64,000 nucleotides of DNA, taken from assembly GCF_009914755.1 (NCBI RefSeq), contig NC_060947.1. One strand, given 5' to 3'. The position numbers and the translations under genes are program-made. Of the stretch, positions 59,763 through 64,000 are shown in pieces (the first letter of the stretch is position 1; every line of letters begins with the position of its first letter). A model generated the notes under the pieces. It had not been told where the DNA came from. It saw nothing but the letters and a program-made list of their open reading frames with translations, and searched no databases. Origin of the DNA: the human T2T-CHM13v2.0 reference genome, Homo sapiens.

Positions 59763-60254
59763 TGTTATAAATAAAGTTTCAGTGCCACAAAATAAATAGC
59801 ACTTGAATATAAAATTTTCTTTTTAATTCTCAGCAAGGCAATGTACTTCTATAGAAGGGTGCAGCCTTACAGATGGAGCAATGGTGAGCACACATCTGGA
59901 CAAGGGAGGGGAAGGGGTTCTTATTCCAGACACACTTGTCCCCTGCTGCTGTGTCATTCCCCTATTGGCTAGGGTTAGAATGCACAGGCTAAACTAATTC
60001 CGATTGGTTAATTTAAAGAGAGTAACAGGGTGAGTGGTTTGGCGGGAAAAATGGTTATGGCAGAGCAGGAAATTGGAATGAGTCAGGGTGGAGAATGAGT
60101 CAGGGTGGAGCAGGTAATTGGAATGAGTCAGGGTGGAGCAGGTACTCGAAAAAGGTTGCTTTAAGAAGAAGTTAAGTTTAAAAGTAGAAGGCAAATAATT
60201 GAACATACTGACATCTTGATTCTTTGAAGAGAAATTTAGAACTCATATCTAACA
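59763..60254 (-). mobile_element. 3' LTR of a provirus, LTR10A/F-like
   Basis: Minus-strand start tgttagatatgagttctaaatttctcttcaaagaatc; polypurine tract aagaggaggggt immediately upstream (60255-60266); internal repeated TGAGTCA units. Confidence 0.88.
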
Positions 60255-63200
60255 ACCCCTCCTCTTGCATTTCCTTACAGCTCTTTCTCTTCAAACTTCT
60301 TTAACATGTCTTGGCTTAGTTGTTCTGCTTGATTTTCCAAAAGAAGCTTCTCTGGATAAGGTGGAGGATAGTTAAGGGAGGTATCAGTAAGTGTCATTTT
60401 TTGAGCCTTTGCACCAACCCATGGATGCATGGTGTGACACGGCACCTGACAAGAATAAGTACACCCATTACGGCTGCAAGGGAAGTAAGAATTGAGGCTA
60501 CTATTCTTTTCCATTTACTGAACCACTTTTCTAGTCATCTTGTAAAGGGGCCATTTACCCCTGAGTTGTTGGCTAACTCATTGGACAGAGCAGTCAGACC
60601 TTGCAATGCCTTTGTTATACTTCCCTCAGGGGCGGAGTTGTTTGGGATGAAGGTACAACATTGAGTTTTAATTATGATGCAAACTCCTCCCTTTTCTGCT
60701 AATATCATGTCTAAGGTTATCCTATTTTTCCGAAGCCATCTGGCTAGTAGCCCCTAATTGCTCAGCTATTCCTTTAACAGCATCTCTAGTGTAGTTAATA
60801 GATCACTGTTGGTTGTAATAGATGTAGTTTATCCAATTTACATTTTATTAATTGTCACCCACCAAAATATTGACTCAAATCCTGCAGCTATTTGATTTTG
60901 GGCTTTAAATTGATCTGGTATTCCCTGTGGGACTCTAATTGTGTCTAAATAGATATGAGAGTCAAAAGACCCATAAGGGGCTTCTTTTGCTTTATGATGT
61001 CTTATTTTTTTTTCTTTCTCTGGTTGATGAAATGCCAGGGCGAAAGGGTTAGCCAACTGGACTAAAGCATAAGTACCACTTCAGTTACTTGGCAGAGTGT
61101 CCAGTAAAGGTCCACCATAATACCACTACACATCTCCTCAGGGATGAATAAGGGCTGACTAATTGGTAAGCTTTTGAAAATTTTAAGCTCACTGCCTCCC
61201 TTCAGGTCTCCAAGGAATGTTAAGCTTCCTCCCTGTCGTGAGAGACACGAAGTGAACTTAGTTCTGAGAGATCAAAGCTGGATGGCCCCCAGGGGCTGAG
61301 CCACAGGGTGTCAAACTTCGGGATATAGCAGAGAGAGAGCTTGGCATGACATGTTACCCCACGCTGTAGAATCCTGGAAAAGAGCTACCATACAGCCCAA
61401 GCCCAGTCAATTGGAGGACCACCCTAGTGGAAAAGGGACAATCTGGGCCTCTGGCCTGCCGTGCACACAAGCATAACAATTGTCTTAGTTTAACTTGTGG
61501 GTGGAATATTGAATCCATTTTGACCAGGCATTTACATCTTTATACTCTGTTTCAATGGCTATGGTTTGCCTTAGTCCTCCTATTTCTACTACTGAGAACT
61601 TGCTTGTTTCATTTGGCATGAGGCAAGTCATAGTTTGATTTCACAGGTTTGGGAAAGGGGCAGCCATAGGAGGTGGAGTAGGGAGAACAAAGCACACCTT
61701 AAAGAAGCCTGTAGGATCCTTTCCAGTGACCTCTGCTCCAAAACCATAGAAGTGCTTTAAAGTGGGGTTAGAGTTGCTAGTGGTAGGAATAGTAATGGAT
61801 ATAAGCACTGGGTAAGGAAAGGAAAGGAAAAGATAGACTAAGCTTTCCTTAGGTTTAATTTGGTAGGGCTTGATCCAGGAACAATGGTCCATGATTCTGA
61901 GGATAATGACATTGCTTGACTTGGGTGTGTTGTACCCATCCCTTTCCACTGTACGAGCAGCAGTCTCATGGTTAGCAGCACAAGGTAGGGTCCTCCCCAG
62001 GCTGGCTTGACTTTCCCTTCTTTCCACCCTTTGATGAGAACACGATCCCCAGGCTGATGCTGATGTACTGGAAACCCCAAAGGTGGTGCCTGTGCTAAAA
62101 GATCTCTTGTTTTAAGGGAAGAGAAGGTGGAGGATAAACCAAGTATATAATTTCTAAGAAACTAATCTTTTGTTTTAAATGTGGGGACATCAACAGTGGA
62201 CTTTATAGTCCTTGGTGCCTTCTTGTTGATAAATTTTGTTTAGCACCTATTTTTATTAGTTTTTAGACCAAAGAAAGCCAAACACCATTTTATATTTAAC
62301 AATGCTTCCTGTATTATTTTTATACCAGATAAGCTAAATTTCACCTTCATATTAGTGTGTTATTAATGTTAAGCTTAATTTTAATAAAACCTTGTAGACA
62401 TATTTATTCAATTTTTAATGTCTGACCATAAGGTAAGATTTTTATAGACTCTTTTTAGTCTTTTATAATTTTTGTTAAAGAGCAAGTTAGTGCTTTAAGA
62501 AAAACCTGTTGTGCTTTTATTTTAATGTCCAGTTCACAGAGAAACCAGATGATACACCTTTAACTTTAGCCAATATGTTTACACACACAATTTCCTTTAC
62601 AATTAACTTTTCAAAACTTGCTTAAACCTTTAAAACAAAATATTTTTTAACCTTTTAATGTAGGTAAAAATACACATTCTTATGCCTCCTTATAATCCTT
62701 TTACCAAAAGTATATTTTACTTTCCTTACACACATTGCACACTCTTTCTTCAATAGTTTACATTCAGGAGGCCTAATTACTTTTAAATTATACAACATTT
62801 CTTGCATAAATTCCCTTTTATAACTTTTTTTCACGACTTTCAAAGACAATTCTTTGACATGCCTCAACTTTCTGACTTGTTGCAAACATCCCTTTCTTTA
62901 AACAACCATTTAATTTATTTTAGGACAAGAATTTACCATATAACATTCTTTTTTACATAAATTCTCCCCCCCGCCTTTTTTTCCTCAAGGATGATAGCCA
63001 TTCTTTTCCAAAGTGGACCTCCTTCATGTCTGTGGACTAGACTGTGCAAGGCCACAAGATTACAAGTTAGGATAATACATGTTACACTGTTAACTTCTAG
63101 CAAACTTTACTTTTGTTGAAAACCTTGTAAGTTTGGGATTTCAATTATTCTTTGCTATTAATAAGACCTTGTTCAGTTCAAATTAACTTAGAATTGGTAT

Positions 63201-64000
63201 AGATGGCTCCTTCCTGATTCTGTAAGTACGTTAAGGTTCAGCTTATTGCAAACAACTTGCAAGTTTGAGCAGACCAATTATTGGGCCGTTTTCCTAACTC
63301 TGCTTCTACAAGAGTTTCCTTATCACTTACTGAATACCCATTGTGTCTTTTTCCCTCAGTCACCCAGGAGGAACCATCTATCGCCTGTTCTGAAGGGAGT
63401 ACCTCCTAGGTCTGGTCGAACCTTTGGATGGTAATTAAGATTTAGATCCTCTGTTAGGAAACATGCTGGGTTAAGGGAATTTTCAGTGTTTAATGTTAAA
63501 TCATCTTTTTCTAACAGAGTAGCCTCATACTTTAAAATTATTGAGTCAGTAAGCTACCTTTTTATTTTTCCGACTTAGGATAGTTCTGACTTGATGAGGT
63601 GTGCTCACAATGAAGTTTCCTCTAAAAGTTATTTTTCTACTTTCTTCTGTTAGCAAAGCAGTTGCCACTACAGATTGAATGCATTTGGGCCATCCGCGGG
63701 TTACTGGGTTAAAGATTTTTTATTAGAAAGGCTACGGGTTGTCACTGGCCTCAGTGTTTTCAGGCTATGCCCTTGTTTACACTGATGACAAGATGGTATT
63801 GGAGTGTTATAGGATCACGGAGAAGACCTTCAATTATTAATTATAGGTTTTAAATTTACCCTGGCTTTTAAAGGAATAGGGTACACTGCTTCCTCTTTAC
63901 TACTTCTATCTCTCTTTCTCTCTCTCTCTTTCTCTCTGTTTCTCTCTCTCTCTCTTTCTCTGTCTCTCTTTGACTCCCTCTTTGTCTTTCTCTCTCTCTC
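60255..64000 (-). mobile_element. HERV-I / HERVIP10-type internal region, running off the right edge
   Basis: env remnants, an integrase tail (HQHQPGDRVLIK...WGGPYLVLLT, 61838-62080), an AT-rich segment, and (CT)n from ~63905. Confidence 0.8.
60275..61950 (-). pseudogene. env: Disrupted gamma-type retroviral envelope
   Basis: Reads GIPDQFKAQNQIAAGFESIFWWVTINK, NWINYIYYNQQ*, and after a frameshift NRITLDMILAEKGGVCIIIKTQCCTFIPNN (immunosuppressive domain plus CX6CC). In-frame stop and frameshifts present; 5' boundary approximate. Confidence 0.85.

Noticed and set aside
60275-61950. Domesticated, intact env gene
   Set aside because: An in-frame TGA before the immunosuppressive domain and several frameshifts; the longest pieces are under 130 aa.

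Overview
Primate (human or great-ape type) euchromatic DNA, dominated by interspersed repeats. AluY and an L1PA2-like element point to a hominid genome. It holds three full-length but dead L1s (20.5-27.3 kb, 44.8-59.5 kb, 47.1-54.1 kb), two young L1s with twin-priming inversions, about 17 Alus or Alu monomers, many MIR/L2 relics, MaLR/ERVL pieces, two solo ERV1 LTRs, and the 3' half of an LTR10/HERV-I(P10)-type provirus with a decayed env at the right edge. Nearly all ORFs in the supplied track are repeat fragments or antisense shadows of them. The one clearly non-repeat, gene-like signal is at about 6.2-7.5 kb on the minus strand. There an AP-1/TEAD/CArG-like motif cluster precedes an ATG-free leader, a Kozak ATG, 19 codons and a perfect AAG|GTAAGT donor. 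This is a candidate first exon of a gene that continues off the left edge, and I cannot name it. I see no supportable evidence for a wholly new biological system. The best leads are that promoter/exon, the LTR-borne AP-1 and SOX-OCT enhancer modules, and several retrotransposition scars. Repeat subfamily names are recognised by eye and need RepeatMasker/Dfam confirmation.
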